From Geosiphon pyriformis uo1 (taxonomy: Eukaryota; Fungi; Glomeromycota), in contig JAAOMT010000436.1 of the NCBI GenBank assembly GCA_016748015.1, positions 486,703 to 550,702 of the forward strand: a DNA stretch of 64,000 nucleotides, given 5' to 3'. Positions 1 to 12,864 of the stretch are shown one piece after another. The stretch's first letter is position 1; every line of letters begins with the position of its first letter. The notes below the pieces were generated by a model. That model was not told the origin of the DNA. It saw only the letters and a program-made list of their open reading frames with translations, and did no database searches. Made by a program: the position numbers and the translations under genes.

Positions 1-995
1 TTATATATCCCAGCTAGACGAACCCAATCTTGCTCAGAAACCACCCTTCTTCTTCGAACACCAGAATACACACCCAAGGAACAATTGACCAAAACATGAC
101 CAAATTGTTTACAATGAGCACAACTGGCCAAAGAAAGACCAGCCCAACGCAAACTCACATTCCTGAAAACTGGAATGGTACCAATAGCAGCCAATTTAGA
201 TGCCTCATCACCAAAACAAATTACAGCACATCTATCACAAACATATAAACTAGGGTTATGGCCGATATAACAAGTCTTCCCACCATATGATTCCAACAAA
301 TTGGAGAGGTCATGAGCATTAGTGCCAACTGGAAGAGTATAAAGTAAAGCCCGATGCTGATTCTTCGATACCCACGTTTGTTTATCAATATTTGCTTTTG
401 CCACTCGGACCAAATCCTTTCCCATGAGCACAGACCATCTAGCTGCGACCAAATCAGCCATCTCAGATAATTCATATTCTACCAAGGCTTTTTGCCAAAG
501 ACCAATAAGCTGCACTTTGATTGAAACAATCTTGCCAAACCTAGAGAACACCGCTTCAATTGCTGATTTGGGAAGATCTATTGGAATTTCTTTGACGATC
601 ACCTCCCGATCTGAATGGCTGTTTACTTTTCTTAGATCATCATTTACCAATATTTTTTCACAGATCGCCAACTCTCTGGCCTTAACCAAACTAGACTCAC
701 TTGTGAAAGTTGACCTAATGACTCCAGGAAATTTTGAGGGAGTTGAAGCACCCCCAAAACCGTCAATTTTATAAAAAATCTTTTTGACTTTAAACAACTT
801 ATCATTATTTGACTTTCCAGACACAGCTGACAACTCCACATCTAAAGCGAAAGATTTTACTGGCTCGAAACAATGACACTCTAAACCACATGACTTGGGT
901 GGCGGCAACTGATTGGACCCAACAAATGTGTGAGGAGAGAGTTCCAAAACACTATTGTTGTCGTTTTCCAGGTTGAAAGAAGGTTGTTTCGGCGG

Positions 996-1695
996 TATTA
1001 TGGTTTAAGAATTTAGCAAAAAGAATCATAAAAATAATACAAACTATTCAATCATAATATAGCACAGTAATAATCTTAGAAAGGTAATGATTAACATAGT
1101 AGCAAACACCATCTCGCGATAGTGGCAAGCACCAGTTCACAATAGCAGCCAACACCCACTGGTGATAGCANNNNNNNNNNNNNNNNNNNNAAGAAACCTT
1201 TAAAATCAAAAAGAAATGAAAAAGAATATTTAAAACAGAACTATCACAACCCAAAGTATTAAGAAACTTACTTGTATTATTTATTGAATGAAACTATCAT
1301 TCATCAACTGAATCCCTTGGAAGAATAATCCTTGATCAAGATTATTCACATTGTTACTAATTGATAAAAGCTTTATTGTGAGAATTAGAAAAGCGCTAAA
1401 GACCATTAACATTCTGTGTTTCTAGATTAGAGAAACACATCAGACAATTGCAAGAATAGCCTCAGAGAAGACCCCAGACAGTGGGTAGATTTCAGTTCAG
1501 CCTCTGAGAAGAAGTACATAAACACACACAACAATCAAGAATTAAAGAATAACTTACATCGCAACAGTAAAAAGAAAGCCTTCAGTGTAACAGTGACACT
1601 ATCACACAAATAGAATTGAGGAACTCACAAAAGACTGATTGCAATTAAAGCGGGATATCAGCAATTAAATATAACAAGAAAATCATCCCGTAACA
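996..1695 (+). mobile_element. Gypsy-type LTR (solo LTR or collapsed element; contains an N gap) inserted into LINE ORF1
   Basis: Termini TATTATGG...CCGTAACA (imperfect inverted repeat). 4-bp TSD GCGG at 992-995 and 1696-1699. Removing it restores the ORF1 frame GKPPKQPSF. Homologous to decayed LTRs at 2244-2844 and 9734-10172. Confidence 0.85.
1171..1190. other. Assembly gap (20 N)
   Basis: Run of n characters. Confidence 1.
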
Positions 1696-2699
1696 GCGGC
1701 TTGCCTAAGACATATGTCCTCGTCCTCGTCTTCCTCGGAGTAACGTCATCCATCAAGTCGTTGTTTCCAGAGGCATTGGAATCGATGTAACTAGTTTCTT
1801 CAGCAACCAAGTTTTCCATATTCTCCAAGTCGGACACCTCGCTGATGTTGTTACTTTCGTTCTCCACTTCACTACCCCAAGACGCCTTACATTCACCGCC
1901 ATCAGCCAGCAACAGGTCTGTATACAAAAGTCCAGCTGGAGAATCTACCACAGTACCAGACATGACAGGTTTCCTCACTTTCTTGAAAGAGGCACCACGA
2001 GAGTAAACACTCTCAACGTGAGTCTTCTTCTTAGAGCCTGACTGGGATCCCAACCCAGTCGAAATCAAGCCCGAAACACCAGCAGAAGAGCCAGCCGGAT
2101 CCATAGCCACAAATATAGGTGTGTCTAGAGAAATAATGACGAAAACAAAAGGGAAAAGGTATAAAGGAAATGTATTTCTTTGGCAGAATAACTTTGCTCT
2201 CGGTGTGGCCAGGGGATCGACGAGAGAAAGAAAGTTTATTTTACTTTTATTAATTAGTAATAATATAATAATTTTAATTGAATATTATTTTTTTAAAAGA
2301 TTTAGCTATAAATAATAATTTTATTTAATAAATAATACAAGTAAATTTTTTAATATTTTAGTTTATAATAATTTAGTTTTCAATATTTTTTTATTTTTTT
2401 TGATTAAAAGTTTTTTTGAATATTTATTTTAAAAGTAAAGATCAAAAAATAATTAAAGTAAAAAATTGAAATATGGCAAGATTAAACTATTGGATAAATT
2501 GTTAAATAAATTGTTGTTTTTTTAATATTAAAGCTACTATATATATATATGTTTATAATTCTATAAGAAAACATATTATAATATATTTTTTTAATATCTT
2601 AATCTGATATTTGCTGTTATTACCAGTTGGTATTTATTACTATTACAAACTGGTACTTATTACTATTGTAAAATAGTATTTATTATTATATTAATTATT

Positions 2700-2746
2700 T
2701 TTTTATTAACAAATAAAGTTCAACTGTTATCTAGTACATAAAATCA
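2700..2746 (-). mobile_element. 47-bp 5'-truncated LINE 3' tail inserted in the old LTR
   Basis: Matches the LINE 3' terminus (compare 13814-13870), is absent from the intact LTR copy, and is flanked by the direct repeat ATTAATTATT (2690-2699, 2747-2756). Confidence 0.7.
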
Positions 2747-3149
2747 ATTAATTATTACTTTTCTAAAATTATTACTGTGTTATATTATAATTGAATAATT
2801 TATATTATTTTATAATTTTTTTGCTAAATTTTTAAATCATAATATTATTTTCTTTTTTTAAGATTAAATTCTATTGATATTAAAGTTAAATTTTTATTAA
2901 ATTTTAAGTTGCTATAGTAATTTAATATTGTATTATTAATTTGCTGTTGTAATTCTTGAAATTATAATTGATAAGCTGTTTAATATTATTAATTATTATT
3001 ATGTTTATAGTTAGATTTAATAATATTTTTAACAGTTTTTAAATGCTTTAAAAATTTTGTAAACTGTTTTTAAATAAAATATACTGTTAATTTTTCAAAT
3101 AAAACTTTTTAATTAATAAATTATTGTTTTATCAAATATTTTAATTAAG

Positions 3150-3930
3150 TTTTTTTTTTATTTTTATTTAATTTAATGAGTGAGATCCAAATGCAATCTA
3201 GTGCCTTACATCATACAAATGATCTAAACTAGGAGCAAATCATGCACTTTCTACACGTGACCAGCCACTCGGGCCAGTCAAGACTATACTATACACCTAT
3301 ACGCACAAAAACCAAATCCCCAATACCTGAAAAAAATGGACAAAACTTATGAAACCTGAAACCAACTCCAAAAGTCTCAGCCACACCTAGCAATCTAACT
3401 ACACTAGCTGAAAAAACCATAGACAAACCAGAAACTGAAGCAGGAGTGGAGCTGTCACGTGGAATCAAACCGTGCTTTTCTATAAATGCCCGGTGCCTAG
3501 TGCGGACCAACCAAATGTTATCCCGAAATGCAAGACAGAACTCACGTACAAAATTCACAATTTTACTAGCTCCAACCTCAGAATTTCTGAAAACTAAGAC
3601 AGACTCATGATACCAATTGTTGAAAACAAAGCCCTTATACAGAGCAGCACCAACCCCAACCTTAGAAACACAGGAATCCAACAGCTACAAGACACATGAA
3701 GAAGACCGAAACAGACCAGAAAGAGCCACCCAAGTCGAAGCATGAATGTCCAACAATTGGGCACAACCAGTGGCATCATGAGAACAAGAAAAGACATAAT
3801 CCGAGATCTCAACATTACCACAATACAAACACACTATACTGGGGTATCTTCTATCATACAAACGCTTACACACAGCAACTGGGAGCCAACAATAAAGGGC
3901 CTTCATAAAGTAAATCTGAAAGCCAGCCAT
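3150..3930 (-). mobile_element. 5'-truncated LINE: ORF2 C-terminus (CCHC) + 3' UTR + poly(A)
   Basis: ORFs 3685..3930 (CLYCGNVEISDYVFSC) and 3289..3681 (...FFSGIGDLVFVRIGV*) are homologous to 24071-24679. A T-run lies at ~3150-3166. GC-rich relative to its flanks. Confidence 0.9.
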
Positions 3931-5849
3931 AGTTTTTTAAGTATAATATTTGTATATTTAAATGTTTTCTAAGTATTAACTGAAGTTTTTATAAAAATAA
4001 TTGTTTATTGTTTTTGTAATAAGAAAGTTAATAATTTTTATGTATATCTTATTTTGACAAATAATTAGTATTGGTATTTTTAATATTTTTTTTGTATTTG
4101 ATAATATAATTATATAGTACTAATATTTATAATCATCTGGTATATTTTTTTTAGTACTTTCTTGTTATTTAATTAGACTAAATCTCTATAATTTGTAGTA
4201 ATATTAAAAAATTTGTATTATAAATATATAATAAAATAAACATAACTTTAGATTAAATATTTTAGTTTATGTGCTATATAGTTTTGCTTTATTATATTAA
4301 AGTTTTTACTAATATAAACAATTATATATTCTTTTTTATTATTATTTTTTTGTAAAAAAATAGTTTTAAGTCTAGTTTCAGAGACATTTATGACCAAAAT
4401 AAATTTTTTGTTAAATTTGAATAAATTATAATTGGTAATTTAATGAATTTTGTCTAAGATACTTAAAAGCTTTTTATTATGTTTTAGTTTATTTAAATTT
4501 TACATTCTTGAATAATAGATAAATAAAAAGTTTGGCAATATTTAAAAAGTTTTTTATAAAATAGCAATAGTAAAATATAAGTTCTAAAAAGTTTTTAACT
4601 TCTAAAACATTTTGAGATACTGAAAATTTTTTTATTTTGTTTATTTTTAATGAATCTGAGTTTATTTTATCTTTTCTAACTATGTGTTTTAAAAATACTA
4701 ATTCATTTTTTCCAAAAAAACAATTTTTTAAATTTAATTTAAGTTTAGTATGTTTTAATTTTTTGAAAACTTGTTGTAAATATTGGAGATAATTTATGAA
4801 TTTTGGTAAGAAAACATTTGTATTATTTAAGTAGACAACAATAAATTGTTATAAAATTCCAAAAGAAATTATATTCATTAGTCTTTGGAATATTATAGAA
4901 GTATTTATTAATTCAAATAGCATTATATTAAACTTATAATTGCTATTTTGTGTCATAAATGTTGTTTTATATCTGTTTTTGGATTTATTTTTATTTGTTA
5001 GTATTTACTAATCAAATCAAATATAAAAAACCATTTTGCTTTTCCAAAAATATTAAAAATTTTATTAATTTACAGTATAAGTTATAAATTTTTAATTGTT
5101 TTATTGTTTAATTGGTAATAGTTAACACAAAATCTGATTTTTTTATTTTTTATTTTACTAAAACAACTGGTAAAATTATAGGCTTATTAATAATTAAATT
5201 ATTTCTTTTTTTAATATTGTTTAAATTTCTTCTTTAATAAAATTATGCTCTATTAATAGAATATAATAAGTATATTATTTTTCAAGTCTGGTATTTTTAA
5301 TAAAAATTTAGTATTAAACCAAGTTGGTTCTTCTAAATTGCTATTTTATAAAAATATATTAAAGTATTTTAAAATTAATGCTTTTAATTATTACTATTGA
5401 TTAGAATCTATTATTTTAATATTTAATTTGACCAATTTTTTTGGTGTAAATTAATAACATTTTAATAATTATTGCCAATTTATTGTAGTAAATTTACAAT
5501 AAAGCATAATTTTTAGAAAATTTAAAATTTTTTGTGATATTAATATATTTTCTAATTTTATTTTAAAGTATTCAATTATAATATTTTCCAAAATATAAAT
5601 GAGTTTTTTTATAGTATTTATAATAGAAATTTTTATCTATTAAATTTTATTAGCTAGAATAAAAAGATTAATAAGTTTTATAAAAAATTGTTTACAAGTT
5701 TTTGAATAGAACTTAAATATTAGATTTTTTTTAATTGTTTTTCTTATTTTAATTTCTGATTTTTTATATAATATAAACATAATAAACCACTCAGTTTTAA
5801 TTATTTTATCTTTTGTTTATTGTTTTAATAAAATTCACTTCAATTTTTT

Positions 5850-6230
5850 TTCTGTCAATTTAAAACCAAAAGTTTTTTTCGTTATTTGTACTAAATTTTT
5901 CAATTTTTATTAATAATAAAAAAATTGCTTGTGCAATTTTTTTTTAAACTTAATAATATACAATTTTTTTAAATTGTTTTGCAATAAAACTATCAAATTT
6001 TCAGTGTATTTAAAGTTAATTATTTTTTTTTAATACTTATTTCTTTTTTGTAAAACTTAATTAAATTACTATTTGAATCATTATTTCTGGTAAAATTTTA
6101 ACTGTTATTTTCAGATCAATTTTGGTAATACTTCTGGGCAACAACATTGTAAATTGGTTTTTTGAATAATATAAATCAAATCTAGTATCAATTAGATAAG
6201 TTTTTTTAAGTATTGTTTCTATGTGTCTAT
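5850..6230 (-). pseudogene. dUTPase remnant in the decayed Gypsy element
   Basis: Degenerate match to 30032-30425, including remnants of the RGxxGFGSTG motif (~5850-5885), IAQA (~5927-5938) and the DAGFDL motif (~6172-6192). Confidence 0.65.
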
Positions 6231-9200
6231 TATCAAAGTATTGGATATCAATTTTTTATTTTAGATTAGTATAGACTACAAATTTTTTTGACTCAAAACT
6301 ATTAAATAAGTCTTGTTAATTTATTGATTGATTTTAGTATTATTAATTCTCAATTTTTTTTTTTAAAGTCTTTTTTATATTGACATTTTTTACAATATTA
6401 ATTTTAACATAAAATAAAACAGTTTTTATAAAGATAAATGTTAATCTAAGTAAAATACTATTTTTGTTTTTAACAAGTAAAACATAATTGTTGGTAATTT
6501 TTCTAAAATTTATATATTAAATTGAACATATTGTAATTGACAACTTTGTCAGCTATTTTGGCTGATATTTTTTAATATTATATTTTTTTGGTGGTATTTT
6601 TTTACTTTGGTCTGTATAATTTTGTACAATTTGTTCTTATTATATAAGTAATGCTGTAGTTTTCTTAACAATCTGTTAAATACAGCTTCAAATAACATTT
6701 TTATTTTATTTAATTACAAATAAAAATTGTGTATTAGCAAATTATATCACATGTTTTTTTTCTGCTTAATATATTAATTCAATTATACTCTTTTAATAAT
6801 AGTTTTCTGTAAGTAAAACATAATTTTTTATTTTATTTTTTGTATTTTTTTGGATAACCATCTTTTTTTTGTTACAATAGTTATAATAGTAATAGATAAA
6901 ATTTCTTAAATTTTTATTTAATATGTTGTATTTAATTATAAATAAGAGCTTTTTTTTATAAACTAAATATTTTAACTTTAATTTGTATTGTTGACAGTTT
7001 TTTTATAAACTTATTTAATTTTATTTAAATTTTTCTTTGCTTATTCAAGTTAGTATAGCCAATAGTCTTGTTTTTTGGTTATTAGTTTATAAAAGCTAAT
7101 AAGTTTTAATAATTAATAAGACTGAATTTTTCTTGAATTCAAAAATAAATTTTTAATTGGTGCTGAGTTTTTGGAAATGACTATATATAGCTAGAATTCT
7201 GATATAATAATTATTATAATTAATAAAAAGCTTTTGAATAATTTAATTTAATATAATATTGGCTTTTGTTAACTAATTATTTTCTATTAATGTTTAATAT
7301 TAGATAGTATTTATTACTAATACTTTTATAAGTATTATTATGCTATTAATTTTAAAAAAAAATAAGTTGATTTTATTATAAAACAGCTTAATACTTTTAT
7401 TGACTGTTATGATTTGGAATATTATGATATAATTAACTTTGAAATTCAGTTAATTTACTAGTTAAAACATTATAATACTTTTAGCAAATTTACTATTTAA
7501 AATAAATTTAATTAGAGTATTGTTTATAGTTGTTTTTATATATATAGCAATAATTGAATATTTTTTATTTAATATTGTTTTATTAAACATAACTTTGTTT
7601 TTTTTTAATTCAAAAAAAATGGGTATAAAATTGCTATTTTTAATAATAATTACTAGTAATATAATTTGGCTTAAATTTTAATTTTTAGACAAATTTTTAG
7701 TTTTCATTATGTTTCTATTATTATTGTTTCTAATGTTTAAATTTTTTGGTATATTAAGATAAGTTTGCTAATAATTTTGATAATTTGGATTAACTTACTA
7801 ATTAAATCTAATATAATTTGGGTTTTTCTAAACCAATATATTTTGATTCTACATAGACTAATTTTGGGATTTAAATACTAATTTAGATTAACTATTATAA
7901 GGTATTATTAGTAAGTTCTTTGATTTTAATATATAGTAGAATATTAATAAAATATTAGTATATTATGATTTTTAAATATTTAAGATAGTACATAATAATT
8001 ATTTTCATATGTTTTGTATATTATTTACATTTAATATTAATTAATTAAATGTTTTATATATTTGTAAAAATAGTAGACATGTGTTTTTATTTTGAAGTTC
8101 TAATATAACAAACAATTATTTTAACTGCTGCTAAATTTTTAGTTATGTTTTTAAGATGATTAATATATATTACTTTTTTCTAATTCAAAATAAGATAATT
8201 TTCTATTTTCTTAAAGAGTTTTTTTTCTAATTATGCTATTTTTTTTTAAAGTTTTTGTTTTGTTTTTTTAATTACCATATTAATTATTTGACTATAATTA
8301 GGTTTTTTTTTAGTTAATACAAGAGTTTTGGCAAGTATAATGGCTTTTGATAAAGGATTAAAATAAACAAAATGTATTTTTTTTAAAATATTGTCTTTTA
8401 ATTCTCTAATAAATTGATTTAAAACCTGAGAATTAGTGTAATATTTTTGCTTAATTGTTTTAATTTAACAGTAAATTCGATTAAATTGAGCAAGATATTA
8501 AATAACAGTTTTATTTGTATCTTACTTGATAATATTGAATTTATTTTGCAATTAGATTATGGTGTTTAGATTATTAAAATACTTCAAAAATACATTTTTA
8601 AATTAGACAAAGCTTATAAGTTTTGTTTTTAAGCTTTAATATCACAAGTTAATAGTGTTTTTTAAAAAAAATAATATTTAAATTGCTTTTTAATTATTCC
8701 AGTTGTTTATCTAGATGGTTTTTTGTGTTTTTTTAAGTTATATATATATGTTTATTTTTTTTTTCTCTTTTAAAAGATTTATTAATTATATAATATACAG
8801 TATAATTATTTTGTTATTGTTTTTTGCTGGTAATAATAATAGTAAAATCAAGTTTTTATATATATTTTTCAAAGAAGTTCTATTATTTAAAAATTTTTTT
8901 TTAATTATGAATTTCTTGGTTCTTAAACTGATTGTTTATTTTAGTAACTAGTTTTGTAATTGTTTTTTTACTGATTTTTTTTTCAAATTTTAATTCAAAT
9001 TTTTTTCACAATTTTTAAATCTTACTCTAAATTTTGGTTGAAAAAAAGTTTTTAAAATAGCAATAAATATCTTTTTGTAATTGATATATTTTTTTAATTA
9101 TATTATTTAAGCTTTTTAATATAATTAGAAGTTTTTGGCATTTGTAAAATTAATATAGATAATAATACAATTTTTAATAAAAACTAGATCTTATTATCTA

Positions 9201-10172
9201 AGAAAAAATAATAAGATCTTTTTTTTAACAAATAAAAATATTGCTTTTTTACTGATTATATAATGTTTTTTAGGTATTTAAGTAAATATTCTTAATTTTT
9301 GCTGATTTTTTTTATGATTAATTTTTGGATTGTAAATGTATTTTCTAGTGTTTTTTATAATTATTAAATAATTTTTATTAATATATTGTTCAATTTTATA
9401 ATGAATTTAAACAATAATTATGACTACTGTTATTGTTTTTTTTGTAATAAATTAAGATAAATTTTTATATAATTAATGTTTTATATTATGTAGTTTTTTT
9501 TTCTTTTTTATGTAATAATTTATTTTGGTATTAATATAATAAATAGAAGTATTTTTAATTAGACAATATTTTTTTAGTAGTTTAAAATTATTTTAATATT
9601 GTAAATAAAGAGCACAGCAGAATTTAACTATAGTAAAATTAAAAATTTTTGTTGTTATTTTTGTTTTTTTTTAACAATAAATTATTATTAATTATTATTT
9701 TTCTTTAATTTTTTTTTTATAAGATTCATTAAATATTACAAGATAGTTTTTTTAGTATATTAAATATTAATATCTTGTTTTAATTGCAATCAATCTCTTG
9801 TAAGTTTTTTAATTCTATTTATATAATATTATTATTATTATATTAAAGACTTTTTTTTAATGTTATAATATAAATTATTTTTTATTTTTAATTGTTATAT
9901 ATATTTATGTATATTTTTTTAGAAATTAAACTAAAATTTATTTACTGTTTAAGATTTTTTTTAAAACTATTTTTGCAATTATTTAATATATTTTTCTAAT
10001 TTAGAAACATAAAATATTAATAATTTTTTAATGTTTTTCTTAATTTTTATAATAAAGTTTTTATTAATTAGTAATAATATAAATAATTTTGATTAAAAAT
10101 TATTCTGCCAAGAAATTCAGTTAATAAATAATAATTTTATTTAATAAATAATACAAATAAGTTTTTTAATAC

Positions 10173-11420
10173 TGTTATCTAATAGAAATTAACAAAAATT
10201 AAAAATAATAATATTATAATATATTAACCAATTATTAAATAATAATATAAATAATACAAAGTAATAAATAAATAAAAAATATAACATATATATAATAGTG
10301 TATAAAATATATACAAATACACTCAATTTAACATGATTATAAACAAGTAAGCTAAGAGATACTTATAGTTAAATGGAAAATTTAATAGTTTAGCAATTAT
10401 TTACTAATTAATTAGAATAAACACAATTATATATAACTTAAAATAAAGATATATATTATAGTTTTCTATCTAAAAAACAGACAAACAGAGAAAAAATCAA
10501 TTAGATAAAATAAAATAAAAATTAAGTTATAATTCCAAAAAAACTGTAAAATATATCTTTTTAGCTTTGCATTATTATACTTATTAATATTAAAATTAAT
10601 GAATTGAAAATTTTCTCTCTTTAAAATCTAAGTCTCAATCAAAATCTAAAAAAAATTAACAAAATTTTTCCTTTTTATTGTCAATTTTTATTAACAAAAA
10701 TATAATGTAAATATTTGATACAATAATAAAATACAAATAAAAAAATATTAAGTATATAAAATCATCTAAAATCTATTTATAATAATATTTTAATTAAAAT
10801 TAACTAAAATCTGAAATGATCTTTTCATATTTTAGAAAAATAATTTCTGATTAAAATTATTTTTAAATACTAATTTTGTTAAAAGTTTACTTTTTTTTAT
10901 TTAAATATTTTCTAAATTTATTAAAAATAAGGTACCACTTTACTACAAATAAAAAAATACAAATGTATAATATTAGTACAAAATAAAAAAAATATTTTTA
11001 TAAAAGTCTTAAGAAAAACACAACCAAAAATATAAAAATATAACAGAAATTCTTTTTAAAAAACAAATATAACAAAAATTATCAACAGTAATTTCAACAA
11101 AAACATTACATAATACACTAAACTAAATAAAAAAACATATCAGAAAAAATTATTTAATACTTGCTAAAAATTAAAAAAAACTTACTAAGTTAATTTTTAA
11201 GTTTTTAAATAGTTAAATAACAATAATTTATTAAATAAAAATATAATATTAATCAAACAACATATATTAAAACTAATATACTTATTAATATATAATTATA
11301 TTATAATTGTAGTATTATTTAATTTAGAATATTTTAGAAAAATTTACCTAATTCTATTATTAAGACTTATCTTTATTATAATAACAAAACACAAAAACTT
11401 ATATAAATTGTAATAATTTA
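10173..11420 (+). mobile_element. Decayed LTR-like insertion interrupting the old LTR
   Basis: The old LTR homology stops abruptly at 10172 and a TGTTA start follows. It weakly resembles the reverse complement of the decayed LTR end at ~62130-62361. The right boundary is uncertain. Confidence 0.4.
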
Positions 11421-11430
11421 TTTATTAAAA

Positions 11431-12864
11431 AACAATATAAAGCTCTTTTATATGAAGTTTGCTTTTCAAAAATCTTTGAAAGCTGTTTTTTTGGTTGAGC
11501 TTACAAGCTTTGTTTGCCTAACTACTTTCAAAATTACCAAATTTTTAGTGGTTTCTGAGTCTGGTTCTTTTTTTGCTACTGTTATGCTGTATAATATATC
11601 TTTGAATATATTTGTTATTAATATTAAGACAGTTTTTGATGTGTTTAGTAAAGTTGCTCATATTGTGCTAAAGTCTATTAGCATTTGGCAACATGTAGTT
11701 GTTTATTTTGAAAAACTAGACTATATTGTTTTTGCTTTGACTTATTAATTAATTTTAATAAGTAAAAATAGTATTAGAGTCTTTCTTTTAACAAATTAGA
11801 ATAAAACTATTCTGTTTTATAATAAATTTAAAGCCAAGTTGATCAATTTTTTTTTTAGTTGTATTGTTTTTGAAATCAGTAATATGATTTTTTAAGTTAG
11901 TGATCAAACATATTTAATTTCTTATTTTTCTGATTTTGGTTATCATTTTTGGTTTGTTTTGATTACATTTAAATTTCAAATTGATTTAGATGCTGCTATT
12001 ATTAAAATTAGTATACTAAAAAAGTATTATATTTAGTAGAAAATTTCCAGTTGTTGACACTGTTTTAAGTATTAAAAAATAGGCCATCTGATTATAAACT
12101 ATAAGATTTTTCTATTTTTTTTTTCCAAAATTCTTAAGATGTTTGTTTAATATTTTGTAAATATAAAATTTTATGTTAAGGTGTTTGTTTCTTTGAGTTC
12201 TTCTGAATTTTTTTTATTGGTAATCTTTAATTCTTTTTTTGAGATTGAAAATAATTCTTTAATTTTGTTTTGGCTGGTGTTTTTAGAATCTGATTTGGCC
12301 AAGCTGTTAACTTTAATTGGGTCTATTGTTAAGTTTATTAGCATATTAGTAACTACTTTTAAATAATTTATTAAGAGTAATTTTGTGTCAAGCAGCAAGC
12401 TTAAAAACAAGATTAATAAACTTATAGTGTATTTAAATGCTTTTAGCAAATCTGTTAATAAGTTGGAAAAAAAGGTAATAATATTAAAAACAAAATATGA
12501 CATAGAAAATATTAATATATTTGGTGATTTTAAAGTTCCAGTTGGAATAAGTAATAAGATTTTTGGTAAGTTAATAATACTTTGAAAATTCAAATCTCTT
12601 AAAATTAAGTTTAATTTCATAAAAACAGCTGAGTGACTTGTTGAATTGGTTCTTAGTAGTCTTATTTTGTTTAATGTTGTTTAAAAAATGTCTATTTTAA
12701 ATAAGTTTTTTTGTAAAATATTAGTATAGTATAATCTGAACTGATTTAAGTAACTGGTTACATGTAAAAAATACATAAACTATACATAGTTTAAAATATT
12801 TAGTTTATTTTAAAGTATTAAATAATAAGTAAATCATATTTATTAAACTTTAATAATAAAAAAA
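11431..12864 (+). mobile_element. ORF1-only (HAL1-like) non-autonomous retroelement, 5'-truncated and decayed
   Basis: ORF pieces 11452, 12181 and 12385 share one frame. They give an RRM-like region (IWQHVVVYFEK, compare LINE LWQKAVIEF), a CCHC remnant (C-F-K-Y...GHL, ~12060-12095) and a coiled-coil-like region. The stop at 12727-12729 is followed directly by the LINE 3' UTR and an A-tail. Confidence 0.75.

Larger units (their letters stand above)
1..2240 (-). mobile_element. LINE (non-LTR retrotransposon) copy A: 5' UTR plus disrupted ORF1 (gag-like), running off the window start
   Basis: ORF 1658..2110 (MAMDPAGSSAGVSG...TPRKTRTRTYVLGKP) is homologous to ORF1 at 39642..40556. The frame resumes at 995 (PKQPSFNLEND..., GFGGASTPSKFPGVIRSTFTS). 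The 5' end AAAGAAAGTTT at ~2226-2236 matches the 5' ends of the other copies. Confidence 0.9.
2244..10172 (-). mobile_element. Heavily AT-shifted Ty3/Gypsy element with partial LTRs at 2244-2844 and 9734-10172
   Basis: Both LTR remnants align to the reverse complement of 996-1695 with C>T/G>A changes. A PPT remnant follows 2844 and a PBS-like remnant lies just before 9734. The interior is collinear with parts of the 24980-34845 element (protease region ~7270-7600, dUTPase ~5850-6230). Confidence 0.8.

Noticed and set aside
424-774. Plus-strand ORFs opposite LINE/Gypsy ORFs (also 30863, 32155, 36666, 39529, 40252)
   Set aside because: Antisense shadows of TE coding sequence with no independent motifs.
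8715-8951. Hydrophobic F/I/L/K/N-rich small ORFs (also 13690, 17109, 19406, 56280, 57982, 62128)
   Set aside because: Compositional artefacts of AT-shifted TE remnants, mostly antisense to the decayed elements.
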